Below the pieces are notes generated by a model that saw only the letters and a program-made list of their open reading frames with translations, was not told where the DNA came from and did not search any database. 64,000 bases of DNA from the NCBI RefSeq assembly GCF_001194135.2, contig NC_068984.1, forward strand, positions 90,638,890 to 90,702,889, read 5' to 3'. Shown in pieces: positions 1-12,465 of the stretch. Positions within the stretch are counted from its first letter, which is position 1, and every line of letters starts with the position of its first letter. Made by a program: the position numbers and the translations under genes. This stretch comes from Octopus bimaculoides. Taxonomy: Eukaryota.

Positions 1-270
1 ATCTTTTTGGGGTCAATAAAATAAGTACCAGTTAAGCACTAGGGTCAATGTAATTGACTATTCCCCACCTCCAAAATTTCAGGTTTTGTGCCTATAGTAG
101 AAAGGATTATTATCATCATCATCATTATTATTTGCCTTTCATCCTTTCGGGGTCGATAAATTAAGTACCAGTTATGCACTGGGGTCGATGTAATCGACTT
201 AATCCCTTTGTCTGTCCTTCTTTGTCTCCTCTATGTTTAGCCCCTTGTGGGCAATAAAGAAATAAGAATT
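1..270 (+). mobile_element. Two tandem 3' fragments of a SINE family
   Basis: Repeated GGGGTC(A/G)ATAAA..AAGTACCAGTTA.GCACT.GGGTC at about 8-55 and 148-200. Ends CCCCTTGTGGGCAATAAAGAAAT followed by (ATT)n. The same motifs recur at 1394-1530 and 1920-2078. Confidence 0.7.
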
Positions 271-274
271 ATTA

Positions 275-315
<41 letters not shown>

Positions 316-390
316 TGGGAGGTGAACAGCAGAAGCAGTACAGTGAATCTGAAATGTCTGGTGAAAATATTAGGTTACTTGAAGTATTAA

Positions 391-612
391 CCCTTTTCAT
401 ATCAACTCCCCCAAAACTGTTTTTGGTTCTATATTACAAATTTGCTGTTTTAAAATTATCTAAATTGATATCTTCCATCAAAATTTCATGGTAATTAATG
501 TTCCAAATATCAACTTAATAATAAAGAAGTTAATTTACTAAATTCTTCATTATTTTCAAAATTAACTGAAACAATAGCTGTGTATTTAAACAGAAATATG
601 GTAACAAAAGGG
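391..612. mobile_element. piggyBac-like MITE (TTAA-CCCTTT termini)
   Basis: TTAA at 387-390 followed by CCCTTTT; the right end is AAAAGGG, with the TTAA degenerate. Confidence 0.5.
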
Positions 613-791
613 CTCATTTATTCTGAATTCAAATCCAGTATTCAAGGGAACGACATTACCTTTCACCATTTCAGAGTTCCAATCAATAAGTTCCTCTCAT
701 TGAAAAATATATATCAGTCAATTTCAGAAGAGAATGTAATAGATTTAATTGACTGTACCTCTCATCCAAAATACCTGGATAATATGCTTAA

Positions 792-1053
792 CCCTTTAGT
801 ATTCACATTATTCTATGACTACTAAAGAAGTATTTTATGAATACTAAAAATTAATAAGAAGAAGTAATGCATATTTATTCACATTGGTTTGATTTAATCA
901 AGCATTATCTTGTAGCTTTGAGATTTTGATGGGGTAAATATTAATTTCTGGAATGATATTGCACAGTTGGTGTGAGAGGCCACATCTGGCCAGCTTGAAC
1001 TTAAAACAAATAGAATATTTTGGTCAGATACAGCTGGTTTAAATGCTAAACGG
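792..1053. mobile_element. piggyBac-like MITE
   Basis: Flanked by TTAA at 788-791 and 1054-1057. Terminal inverted repeats CCCTTTAGTATT / AATGCTAAACGG. Confidence 0.65.
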
Positions 1054-1080
1054 TTAAGATATGTCTATTATTATTATTAT

Positions 1081-1380
1081 TCAGTAGTTTTATTTTTATA
1101 GTGTGCTTTCACTTCACTAATGAGAGCAGCTCTGTGTGCCTTGGGTATGTGCTGTGGTTTGCTGTGATGCTCTTATGGTTACTGTATTGAAAGTGTTTTG
1201 CATACGATGTGTGCAGTGCCCAGTAGTGCAATTTTCTGTATGTTATATATATTTTTAAGTCCTGGTGTTTTTGTGATGTATTTGTCTGAATATTTTTTTT
1301 ATCATACCTAAGGCGCCTACTATGATAGGAATTGTTTCTGTTTTTAGATTCCACATTCGAGTTACCTCTATTTCCAGGTC
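1081..1380 (-). mobile_element. 3' fragment of an R4/Dong-like non-LTR retrotransposon (RLE endonuclease end + 3' UTR)
   Basis: Minus strand encodes KDLEIEVTRMWNLKTETIPIIVGALGMIKK, typical of the RLE-domain C-terminus in R2/R4/NeSL-type elements. Both ends abut (ATT)n/(TAA)n runs. Confidence 0.75.
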
Positions 1381-1393
1381 TTTATTATTATTA

Positions 1394-1530
1394 AGGCAGC
1401 AAGCTGGCAGAACCATTAGCACACCGGGCAAATGCTGAGTGGCATTTTGTCTGTCTTTACATTCTGAGATCAAATTCTGCCGAGGTTGACTTTGCCTTTC
1501 ATTTTTTCGGGGTCGATGTAATCGACTGAC
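1394..1530 (+). mobile_element. SINE fragment (same family as 1-270)
   Basis: AGGCAGCAAGCTGGCAGAACC...TTCTGAGATCAAATTCTGCCGAGGTTGACTTTGCCTTTCAT...GGGGTCGAT. An inverted copy lies at 1920-2078. Confidence 0.65.
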
Positions 1531-1919
1531 ATATTTGTTCTGGTTCTTCACCAACTGAGTTCAAATCCTGTCCCATTGTTAGAAATAATTACAACTAATA
1601 TTACTTTCTTTAAAATGAATCTTTATGTCTTATGCAACAGGTTAGGATCCCATTGAGATGTAGTGTACTTATTCCTGGTACATTCACTATATAGAAAGTA
1701 CTCATAGATATGTGATGCCCCAAGTTAAGTGAAATTTTTTATACAGTAACATATGAATATGTGATAAAATATGTTTTGTCCAGTGTTTTTTTCTTTCAAC
1801 TCCAATGAATGCAATCTTACAAAAGTGATTTTATGCCATAAAATGATTAATAATAACAATGCTCCTTTTTACTATAGGCACATAGCCTGAAATTTGTTGG
1901 GAGGACGCTGATCAATAAC

Positions 1920-2078
1920 ACTGACCCTAGTGCTCAGCTGGTACTTATTTCACTGGCCTTAAAAGGATGAAAGGCAAAGCTGACCTTAGTAGAATTCAAA
2001 CTCAGAACATGTAAATGGAAGAAATCCCACTAAACATTTTATCCAGCATGCTAACAATTCCACTTGCTCACCACCTTA
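1920..2078 (-). mobile_element. SINE fragment (inverted relative to 1394-1530)
   Basis: GGTACTTATTT...AAAGGATGAAAGGCAAAGCTGACCTT...AACTCAGAAC is the reverse complement of the family motif; followed by (ATG)n. Confidence 0.65.
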
Positions 2079-2090
2079 ATGATGATGATA

Positions 2091-2126
<36 letters not shown>

Positions 2127-4539
2127 GTAATAGCAATAATAATAGTTGCTGTGGTTGTTGTTGTTGCAGTAGGGGTACAAGAATTGATTAATTCTTTTAA
2201 TAATAAACTGCCTGAGACCACCCATATAAAAGTGTTCATTTTCAAAATAAAATTTCAATGAAAATCTCATGTAAATGGTAACATATTTTAGTTGGTTAAC
2301 ACTTCCAAAATATTTATCATATTGAAAACCAATACATATTAGCTTAAGCTGTCTAAGCTTTGAAACTATAACCATGGTAACCATGAAAAGGTTATGTCAT
2401 CAACCTCTTGATTCTTTAGTCTGTGTCATTCTGCAATGTTTTGTGCCCCTTAGCAAGAAACTGAAAATTACTTGCTTTGTAAAAGGTTTCATGTGATATT
2501 AAAAATTTAGTTACAGAACAGAAGATGTCTAATTAGTATCTTTTATGATTTAAAATTGTCTTTAACAGAACAAAATTGCATAACTATAACTTCTTGTTCA
2601 TTTAAATTGGTTCTTAAAACTGATGAGATTAATAAAATCGTAAAAGACTTATGTATGAAAATTGGCTTCATCCAGCCAGCCAACAGACAACACTACATGA
2701 GATAAAAATTCTCCCCAGTTTCAGCCATCCACATAAGCAGTCAAAAGATGACAGAAGTACAGGCAGCATACTGTAACTTGATCTGTTTGTGGATCACCCA
2801 AGTTTGCTCAATCAATGCTGACCTTAGCTACCCAACAACAACCATCCAGATGAAGGTAAATAAAAGCTAATATTAATAAGAAATATAAAACCCATTTTTA
2901 AAAATTTAGGCTATTTATAGTATTAGAAGAATTCATCACTTCATTGTAAATAGTATAGCAGCTAACAGCATAACTGTCAGAAGCAGTGCAAGAAATAATA
3001 ATTGTAACAATCTATGAAGTTTAATAATATAGTCTTTTTTAGATAATGTTCTATTGATAATGGCTAAATTTGCATCCCAAGTTAATACCCTGTTATTTAT
3101 ACATGAACAAGAAATAATCAGAGAGAGAGCAAGAGAGAGAGAGAGAGAATGTGTGTGTGTGTGTCTATATACATGCATACACACACACGCACGCGCGCAC
3201 ACGCACACACACACATGGACGCGCGCGCGCATGCACATACACACACACACACACACAAAAGTTTACATAAAGCTAGCAAAATCAGTGGTAGTAATTTCAG
3301 ATTAGATACTGGATTTCAAAGTTGCAAAATATAGATTTACATGTTATAAAAAAAGTGTGGGACCACACTGATAGAAATAGAAATAGTTTAAATTAGAAAT
3401 GTTACAGGGAATTATAATGTGGTTAAGTAACTACTACAATAATACCAGTATCTTTAATCTAGAAAAATTAATTTTACGGAAATACTATGTTCCCCTTAAA
3501 ACAACAGTCATAATTAGGATTATTGCATGTTAATTAACATTAAGATTATTAAGTACTAATCCTGATTAGGAAAGCACTAACAAATGAATTTACTTATCAG
3601 GATTGAGACTACTCTAAGAGTTATTACCTGTTAAATAAAAAGTAACCACAATAGTTACCAAACAATAATATATCAAATGCAACTTCAATTGGATTAGAAA
3701 TATAACATACTATATATCTAATTTGGCTACCTTTGAACACCTTGGAATTTATTTTCATGGAGATGACATAAAGGAGAAATTATTACAACAAAATGCACAA
3801 AATAGAGTAAAAAACCCAAAAACAAAAGGAAGGAACTTAAAATAATATAATACCAGAAACCAATAATTAAAAGCTCAAGATTTAACAAATAGCATGGATA
3901 ACACTAATACCAGATCCTAAACAAGATGAAGAGAAGTACTTCTAACAATCTCTGTCACTGCCAATAAGAGCTTTGTTTAATCAGAACAACATTTCTGAGA
4001 ATATACAGATGTCTAAATTGGGATGACATCATGCTAAGAGATTAATTTTAATATTTTTGTTGCCTGTCATAACTGATAATACAGCAAATATGAGATTAGA
4101 AGAACCTGAGATAAAAAGACTCCAATAACAAAGACATTTCTTACATACAGACAACAAATCAATTTTGCATGAGAGAATGAGAAGTATTCCTAAAAGCTTC
4201 TGGCAGTGCATGTGAAATAAATTAGATACAGCTATGAATAAAAGGCAAGTTACCAACTTGGCTCACCAAACCTTGTCTCTTCTCTACTGTCACACAAATA
4301 GACTTTTATTAATACATTTAACACTGAAATAAATTTACAATTGATATTCATCATTCAAAATAGACTTACTCATACTGTTTCTAGATCAATTAGTGCCCCC
4401 GTAAAATCTACAAAAAACAGTATTTTACTAAATGTGTATCTAAATGTCATTACAAGTGTAAGAGCGTGTCCTTTAGTTAAGCATGTTCTGCAAATCAGCT
4501 TCACTACATGTCTGTGACACGAGAAATACAATTGGTTCA

Positions 4540-7500
4540 TTTTGACAACAGGAGAGACATCCAGTCAAAAACAAAAATCTTATTTAATCATGCAATACAC
4601 CACTTCATTTTGTAGCACCAATGATGTCAAGAGATATTTTACAAGTTGTAAAGTTTATAGAACACGTGATGTCATGTCTAAGCAACCTTCAACTGTCATC
4701 AAACAATCCCATAGTGCAAGAGTTAATGGAATTAGTCAAGTCTCTAATTCTATATCTACCACTAGGTTTAGATAAAAGGTAGGTCTGGTGAGAGAATTGG
4801 TAACTGAGCAAATGTGAGACGCAGAGGTATTTCAGTCAGACTGCCACAAGTATGTTCTGCAGGCATATACTCTTAAGAGGGAAGTAGATATGACAGAGCA
4901 GTTAAAGCCAAGATAGAGTAATGAATCAGACTAATAATTTGAAATTTTGATAGTCCAGCCAGCAAGATGAGAACACTGATGTGTATGGAACATGCATACA
5001 TTGATTCTATGCTTATGTACTGCATGGAGACAGATTGATTTTAAACTTACCAAAAAACAAAACAGGCAGATGGTTGTGGACATTATATCTCATTTTAGTG
5101 AGAAATCATCCTCATCACACAAACACATACATAGATTAGTGGGGAGAAACTTTAGATTGAGTATAAGGAAACTTCAGATATAAAAGCAAAAGTATGATTT
5201 TAGAAGTTACATTATCCTTCTGTTACATAAAACATTCAAACTCTAAATCAGTACTAGATAGTGTCTGTTTAGATGTGAAAGAGATCAAAAGCACAAAGTA
5301 GATGTGAGTATGCCTGAAGGACAACCTGCTACAAACCAGTTATACAGATGAACCAACCAGTAAAAGTAGAAGAGTACAGTATTTAGAACTTTTAAAAGTT
5401 AAGAATAACGAGGAACAATATAAAAAAAGTTAGACAAGAATGAGACAGTCAATTATCTAGTGAGAAAAGAAGCTGAAGTTTGTGGTTTATTTCATGTAAA
5501 TATTTGCATATGAGGATAAAATATTTGTTCCATAAAAGTGTTTTTTTACACTCTTTATAACATAACTGTAATATTTCAGTTATGGTAACATGGTGCATGT
5601 TGTCTTCTTTGATTGTTGTGCATTTCATGTGATTTCTCTTAGGTTTCAATATGCTGACAATTTTTGTTGTTGAATTGTGAAGTCATAAGGCTGTTGTCAG
5701 AACAAAGGGTTTTAATAGAACCATAAATGAACATTTTTAGTGATTTTTAAAAATGTTTTACATGTTTGTACATGCTATAGCCTTATGTTGGGATGCTGCA
5801 CCCTAACTTGATAATTATATATTATTTTTTTGGCTGTTGGAGTTGATCTGTATCTTTTCTTTTAACTTTGTATCATTCAATCAATATTCCAATTGTGCCT
5901 AAACTGTCTCCTTACAATTTTCAATAGGTGCAGGCATGGTTGTGTGGTAAGAAGTTTGCTTCCCAACCACATGCTTCCAGGTTCTCTCATATCACATAGC
6001 ACTTGGGCAAGTATTTTATAGCCCCAGGACAACAAAAAACTCGTGAATGGGTTTGGGAGACGAAAAACGTCCATCACATGTATATATCTATGTGTGTGTG
6101 TGTGTCTTTGTGTTTGTTCCCCACCACCCCTTACCAACTGGTCTTCGTTGTTTACATCCCCATAACTTAACAGATGAAAATGAGACCAATAAAATAAGTA
6201 CCAGGCTTCGTTGATTTGTTAGACTAAACCCTTCAAGGCAGTGCCCCAGCATGGCTATAGTCCAATGATTAAAAAAAGAGTAAAAGATAAAAGAAAGTAG
6301 GAAGTAGTTTCAGGGAGATTTAGCTGCTATTTCTAGAAGTTCACACAATTGAATGAAAGTTCCCTCATTGGTTCATTACTGAGTGGTTTAGTGATTAAGG
6401 ATTACCATAAGTGAAACCAATAGAGAAGCCAAGTATTGAGGTTAACTGGTTGTAGGAGAATCAGCAGATCCACCAATTAGCTTAAATGCTCATCATTCAC
6501 TTAGTTAATCAAATACTGCAAGAAAACAAATACAAAATAGTTGACACAGTCTTAGGAAAGTTAGTATAGGATAGAAATAGCTGTGATAAGATGCAGTTTG
6601 AATTTGTACAATGATATGGAACCATAGATGCTATATTTCTAATGATATAGCTGCAAGAAAAATTCTTTGTGAAGAATGTTTCTCTTATTTTATATTCATC
6701 CATAAACAAAAGGTTTTTTTGACAGGGCCCTATGTTCTGGAGTTTGGTGAAAATTAACAAATTTAGGTGTAAGTGGATGATGTGTTTAAGCCATTCAAAA
6801 CATGGAAAAAGTGTTGTAGGCAAGTTTTTGTGAAGTACTCATGTACAAATAGATGTTCATATAAGATCTAATTTCAGACTCCTTTTATTCATTACAGTTC
6901 TTGAGACTACAAATATAAGTCCAGGAGTAGTGGTCCTTTTGGACATTTAAATGCTGCTGACAAATTGCAGACAAAGTGCCAGATCTGGAATAAGTAACAG
7001 TCACCATGAAATCCCACTGTCTTCTATAATGTAACCTTGTTTGATATGTAGGAAAGGAGCAGCTCATTATTATGTACTAAAACAATGGGAATCTAAAAGA
7101 TGCAGCAGGATCTCTCACAGACAAACAACTAGAGGTGAAGATGTACAGGACTTATTAACAATAGGAAATGAAGTTTATGCACTTGTTAGCTAGCCCATGG
7201 AACAGGCTATAATAACAGCAGAAGAAGCAGAGAGAAAACAACAGTGTTTATGAATGAATCTTTGTCAATCAGCTGAATAGTTTCCTTTAGGATGTGGTCT
7301 TGGGTATTTGTATGTGTGCGGCAGCAATACCATCAAAAAATATGAACGGTAAAGTTTACAGTACTGCTATCTCAGTCAGTAATAAATATCTTTTTCTCTA
7401 AAAACACAAGGTAAGAAGTATGATATAGTGTGGTAGGAAGACAGGAGATTTAATGTTAAGAAGTCAGCGGAAACAATAAACAAGAGAAGAAACAATCTGC

Positions 7501-7800
7501 TAGACAGACATGTCAACCTACACAAAAAGCAAAGCACAAGTGAGTTGAGAGTGATTGGATATTAAAAACAAAACCAAGCTATGCAGGAGAGAGATCTGAG
7601 ATATTAATAGGTTGTGAATAATGAGTGCAAAAAGGGCCCTGTATAATCAATGGAGGGTACTTGAGACAAAAACTGAAGAAAATATAAAGTAAAGTTATAA
7701 GATTAGATCTTGAGATACAAGACCTTACAGATCAAAATTCGAGATAAGTACCTATATGCAGCAGCAATAAAACTCTGCCAACTTGGAACAATAGATGCCA
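4540..7800 (+). mobile_element. Highly decayed retroelement relic, possibly Ty3/gypsy-like
   Basis: Purine-rich + strand. The fragment AWRQIDF...RQMVVDIISHFSE (4992-5183) loosely resembles a gypsy integrase (W....DF....YLVVVD.FS). No intact ORF or LTR seen; interrupted by a SINE. Confidence 0.25.
5926..6293 (+). mobile_element. tRNA-headed SINE (main family in this window)
   Basis: Head GGTGCAGGCATGGTTGTGTGGTAAGAAGTTTGCTTCCCAACCAC, central (TG)n tract, tail CAGCATGGC..CAGTC.AATGA..AAA..AGTAAAAGA. Many copies in the window. Confidence 0.8.
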
Positions 7801-8202
7801 AAAATGATGGTAATTGTAATGATCAAAATATATTAAATCTTAAAAAGTTTCTGTTAGATCTATGCCTCAGCCTTTTTTCTTTGCTAATTATAAATTGGAT
7901 TGTATCACTCTTTGTTATTAGAATTTCTTGTTTTCTATCACCCACTTTTTACAAATGATTTTTATGAACTAATTTGAGGATAGATATCTTCACTGACTAA
8001 TTTTGATAGGATTTCAAAATAGGTCAAGATAAACAAATAGATTGTAAAATTTAAAATAATTGTGATTGCATTTAAATTTAGTATAAAAGCCATGAATAAT
8101 AAAGAAATAGTTATAACAATTCTGAACTAAATGTACAAGTGTTTACTTTTAATTGAAAAAATTAATCAACTAAAAGAATATGTAAAATTATATGATACAC
8201 AT

Positions 8203-8288
<86 letters not shown>

Positions 8289-8356
8289 AAAACAAATAAA
8301 TAAGGTTGAACATACACAGAGAATATATGAAGATTTATGCACACACATTTAACCAG

Positions 8357-9698
8357 TTTCACATTTATTAATTTTCAAGAGTGTTTGTTATGATGAATGT
8401 TGAGCTGTTACAAACTGTATCTTTCCCGGCTGTTGTTTTAGAAATCGCCAATTTTTAGAGATATAATGAAGCTCAGATCCCTATCAACATACAGGTTGGT
8501 TGGTTGAGGAAGGTCACATGGGGAAGTAAGGGAATTTTCAGTTAGTTTTCCACAACATATATGTATTTAGGTCATGTGATTGCCACACAAGAATGTCATA
8601 TTAAAGCTTTCCAGTAAATACGTCATATGAAAGTTAGAATAATAGCAATAAAAAGTGATAGTGGCATCTAGATTTAGGGCCTTTTAGTTATGTTCAGTAG
8701 TTGTGTGATCAGTTACTATCTGATTGGTAAAGAGGGGGAGATGTTTATGGAAACAAAACAGGAAAGAGAAAGGAAAAGAAAGAAAAGATAAAAAAAAAAC
8801 AAATAAGAAAAATGGTGGCGATGGGGGTAGGGGGTTTAAAGCATTGGAAGATGGAGGTGGCAGGGCAATGGGTCACATACCCCCAGGACAAATGAGATGC
8901 TCAGCGATGCCTTGCAGTAATAACTGTGAGGGCTTTGCCACAGAGAATGGCCAGCAACACTCACTGCAGTAGCTACTCTACCTCGCAGGACTCATTTCTC
9001 TGACAAGCCACCATTATCCCTATTTTGCAGAGGAAATCGGTAGTACAGGGTCCTTAGCCAAGGAATGGTGACTTTTAGTGAACAATTGTTATCAAAACGT
9101 GAAAAATGCTGAAAAAAAAAAAAATGTTTCTTTTAAACTATTTGGAGAGCATAACTATTATAACTGCTGTTCAAAATAAGTATTTTTTATTCACTTGAGA
9201 TTTTTCAGCAATTTTAACAGCAGTTATTCATAACAGTTATGCACTCCAAATAGTTTAAAAGTAGCATTTTTTTTCCAACATTTTTCACTACACTTTGGTA
9301 ACAAAAAATAAAGTTACCATTTCTTCGTCAAATAAGATAATAGCTACTCACAAAGCTGCTGAACACAACCAAAAGGCTAAAAAAAAAGCCCTAAATTCCA
9401 GCTGACTTGCACCTGTCATAGCTACTTTTCTGACTTTCAGTGTATATTTACTGGATTACAACCTTCTCACGTGGTAGTCACATGACCTAAATACATGTAT
9501 GTTAAGGAAAACTGACAGAAAATTCCCTTACCTCAAAACATGACTATCCTCAACCAGTTAATCTATACATTAACTGATAGTGATCTGAACCACATTATAT
9601 AAGATAACAATTTTTAAAACAATTGCAAGAAAAGATACAGTTAGTAACACAGCCCCACATTCCTCAAAACAAACATTCTTGAAAATCAAGAAATGTGA

Positions 9699-9700
<2 letters not shown>
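8357..9700. mobile_element. Fold-back / non-autonomous DNA-transposon-like element with ~380-bp inverted arms
   Basis: 8357-~8735 is the diverged reverse complement of ~9320-9700 (e.g. TTTCACATTT/AAATGTGAAA and GTATTTAGGTCATGTGA/TCACATGACCTAAATAC). A second inverted repeat is nested at 9099-9288. Confidence 0.75.
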
Positions 9701-9734
<34 letters not shown>

Positions 9735-11879
9735 CTCTCTCTCCACACAATATGCTCTGGAATTGTGAAAGATATGCTTCAGTTCTTCTAAAATTGAATA
9801 AAATAAATAAAATAATGGGGAATATACATGTACTTGTACATGATGATCAGTAATAATAATAATAATGATGTAAATAAAATGTCAAATGTTTCAGTGCATG
9901 ACTTTTGGCCCACCCAGCATGTAAAGATTTAAACAAATCATATATTCTTTGTGCATTTTCAAAGTCGTTTATTTCTCCTATACCATTGTTTTGATTAGTC
10001 GTGTTATATATATGTGTATGTATATATATATATNNNNNNNNNNTATATATACACACACACACACACACACACATACACACACACACATACACATATAACC
10101 ATAACATTAGAGTTATCTGGAGCAACTAATTAGATGAATTGAAATAGGTCAAAATATAGAAAGTTGAAAAAAGAATAACTGTGTGTGTAAGACAATGACT
10201 TACAAAACACTGACTAGTAGTAGTAGTTGTTGTTGTTGTTGTTTCTCACACAAGTATGAAATTTGAGAGGCTGAAGGCAGGGTAAAAAGACAATTGGAAC
10301 AGTTCAGACTGGAAATTGAAACTGTTGCCAGGTCAGTTCACCAAAAGATATAGTTGCTCCTTGTCTCATGCAGCAATAAAATAGCAATAATAATTGCTAT
10401 CTCAGACTTTATGCCTACTTGTGAAACCTAACAATAATGATTTCTTAAATAGGTATAAAATTTGAGACTTTTAAGAGAGCAGAGGCTGATGGATATAACA
10501 TTCATGCCTTCTCCTTGTGAAAATATAAGTAAAATGGTTCAAATAAGGAATGAAATAAAACCAGGCAGTTTGTGAAGAACTCCTGCAACACTAAAATCTT
10601 TCAATAATATTAATAAAGATAATCTTGATAAGCAAATACAAAGCTGTAAAATAAAATAGCTGTTATTACTATATGAGTAGAAATAATAAAAGTAAAAGCA
10701 TTGAGAATATGACTATAAGTGGTATTGTAGCAGAGGATGGTTCCAGAATTATAGTGGCAGTTCATAAGTTTAATCCCCCAGGTAAAACCAACTTGCAACA
10801 GTCTGTACTCCTGATTATTAACAGAAGACATACCAAAATATTTAATGAATATCAAGACTTTTGATGGAATATGAAGCTTTCGAGTGACTGAAAGATTCAC
10901 ATATTTAAAGACTCTCTTTAAAAACTATATATTTGTTAAATATAAATGCTCACTTTTAATTTTCCAAAATTATAGTGACCATTTATAAAAATGAGTTTTA
11001 ATGCCATGACAGCTATAATTCTTTTTTATCCTCCAGATAAAAACCAACTTACAACAGTCTGTGCTTCAACAGACATTGAATATTATAATACATAGGTACA
11101 AAGAGTTGAATATATATTTCTTTCACCAAACTATTATGCACATTAAAATAAAAGTCAATCTGTGCAAATGAAAGTGAAAATACAAATAACTGGTAAGAGT
11201 ATGTGTGAATTCATAGATGATGTAGCACCAGATTCTCCTTTTAACAACCATAGGCACGCGCACCTATATGTGTGTGTACACATATATGCACCATCACTAC
11301 CTGACAGAAGATTGGAAACACAGGACACCATTTGCATAACAGTTACACTTGCTTACAACTATTATGCAATGTCAAGGCAAGAAGACAGTAACACACAAAC
11401 AGGCATACACAGATACAATCATATTTATATATTTATTGTACCCCTGAAATGGCTGTAGATGATATTCTTTACCCGAATTTGTATATTTATCTATCTAATA
11501 ATTTTTACCGAGGAGGAGGATATGTGTATGCACAATTGTCACTCATATGTGTCTCTATCTCCAACAACTAATCTTTCTAACTCACCTTCCTCCCTCCATG
11601 TTTACTCACTGCATTCACTTCCCGACCATATCTCACTTTCCCTTCTCACTTCCACAAACTTACCCTCCTCACTCACACTATCCAGTCTCGTGTACCACTT
11701 TATTTGTATACTCCTCCCTGTAATTTGAGGGTGTGCCCCAACACACCTTCACCATTCTCTCCTCTCTCTCTCTCTCTCTTCTCTTTTTCCAACTGAGGTA
11801 GCCATGTATCTCTTCTACTGCTAATCATCCTTCTATCATACTCTAACTTCTCATCACCTGGCACAAAGCCACCTCCTTC

Positions 11880-12135
11880 AATATTATACACTTCCCTACC
11901 CAGCTGAGGGATTTTGTCTTGCAAGTTACATGGTGATTTTACTGGTACTGTTGCCATCTTAAAAGCACCCAGTACACTTTGTAAAGTGGTTGGCATTAGG
12001 AAGGACACCCAGCTATAGAAATTATGCCAACGTAAACAGTAGACCTGGCTTAGTTCGCTGGCTTGCCAGTTCCTGTCAAACCCTCCAACCCATGCCAACA
12101 GAGAAAATGGATGTTATGTTAAATGATGATGATGA

Positions 12136-12197
<62 letters not shown>

Positions 12198-12465
12198 CAT
12201 CAACATCATTTTTAACATCTGTTGTTCATCCAGGTATGGATTGGATGGTTTGCACTAGGCTTCAGTCTAATTTGGTATGGTTTCTACAGCTGGATGCCCT
12301 TTCTAATGCCAGGCATTTACAGAGTGTGCTGGGTGTTCTTATGTGGCACTGTATGAGGCTTTTATGAGGAACTGGCGCAAGTGCTTTTTACATGGCACTA
12401 ACACAGGATTCTTGTAAGTCAATCCTCTTCACCAGAGGGACTGGCCTTAACACTTCTGCTGTGGA
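11880..12465. mobile_element. Two oppositely oriented RTE-tail/SINE-like fragments around a (TA)n tract
   Basis: AAAAGCACCC...GGTTGGCATTAGGAAGG.CA.CCAGCT.TAGAAA...CAACCCATGCC...GATGATGAT on + (about 11960-12137), and its reverse complement at about 12195-12350. Confidence 0.65.

Noticed and set aside
4374-4407. Possible micro-exon (TTTTTTGTAG acceptor, GTATGA/GTAAGT donors, DFTGALIDLET)
   Set aside because: Phase 0 from exon 10 hits a stop, there is no recognisable homology, and such sites occur by chance in AT-rich DNA.
10540-10643. Minus-strand acceptor followed by LLKDFS, superficially like the KDM7 LLKDL helix
   Set aside because: Surrounding residues are non-homologous and the frame stops with no good donor.
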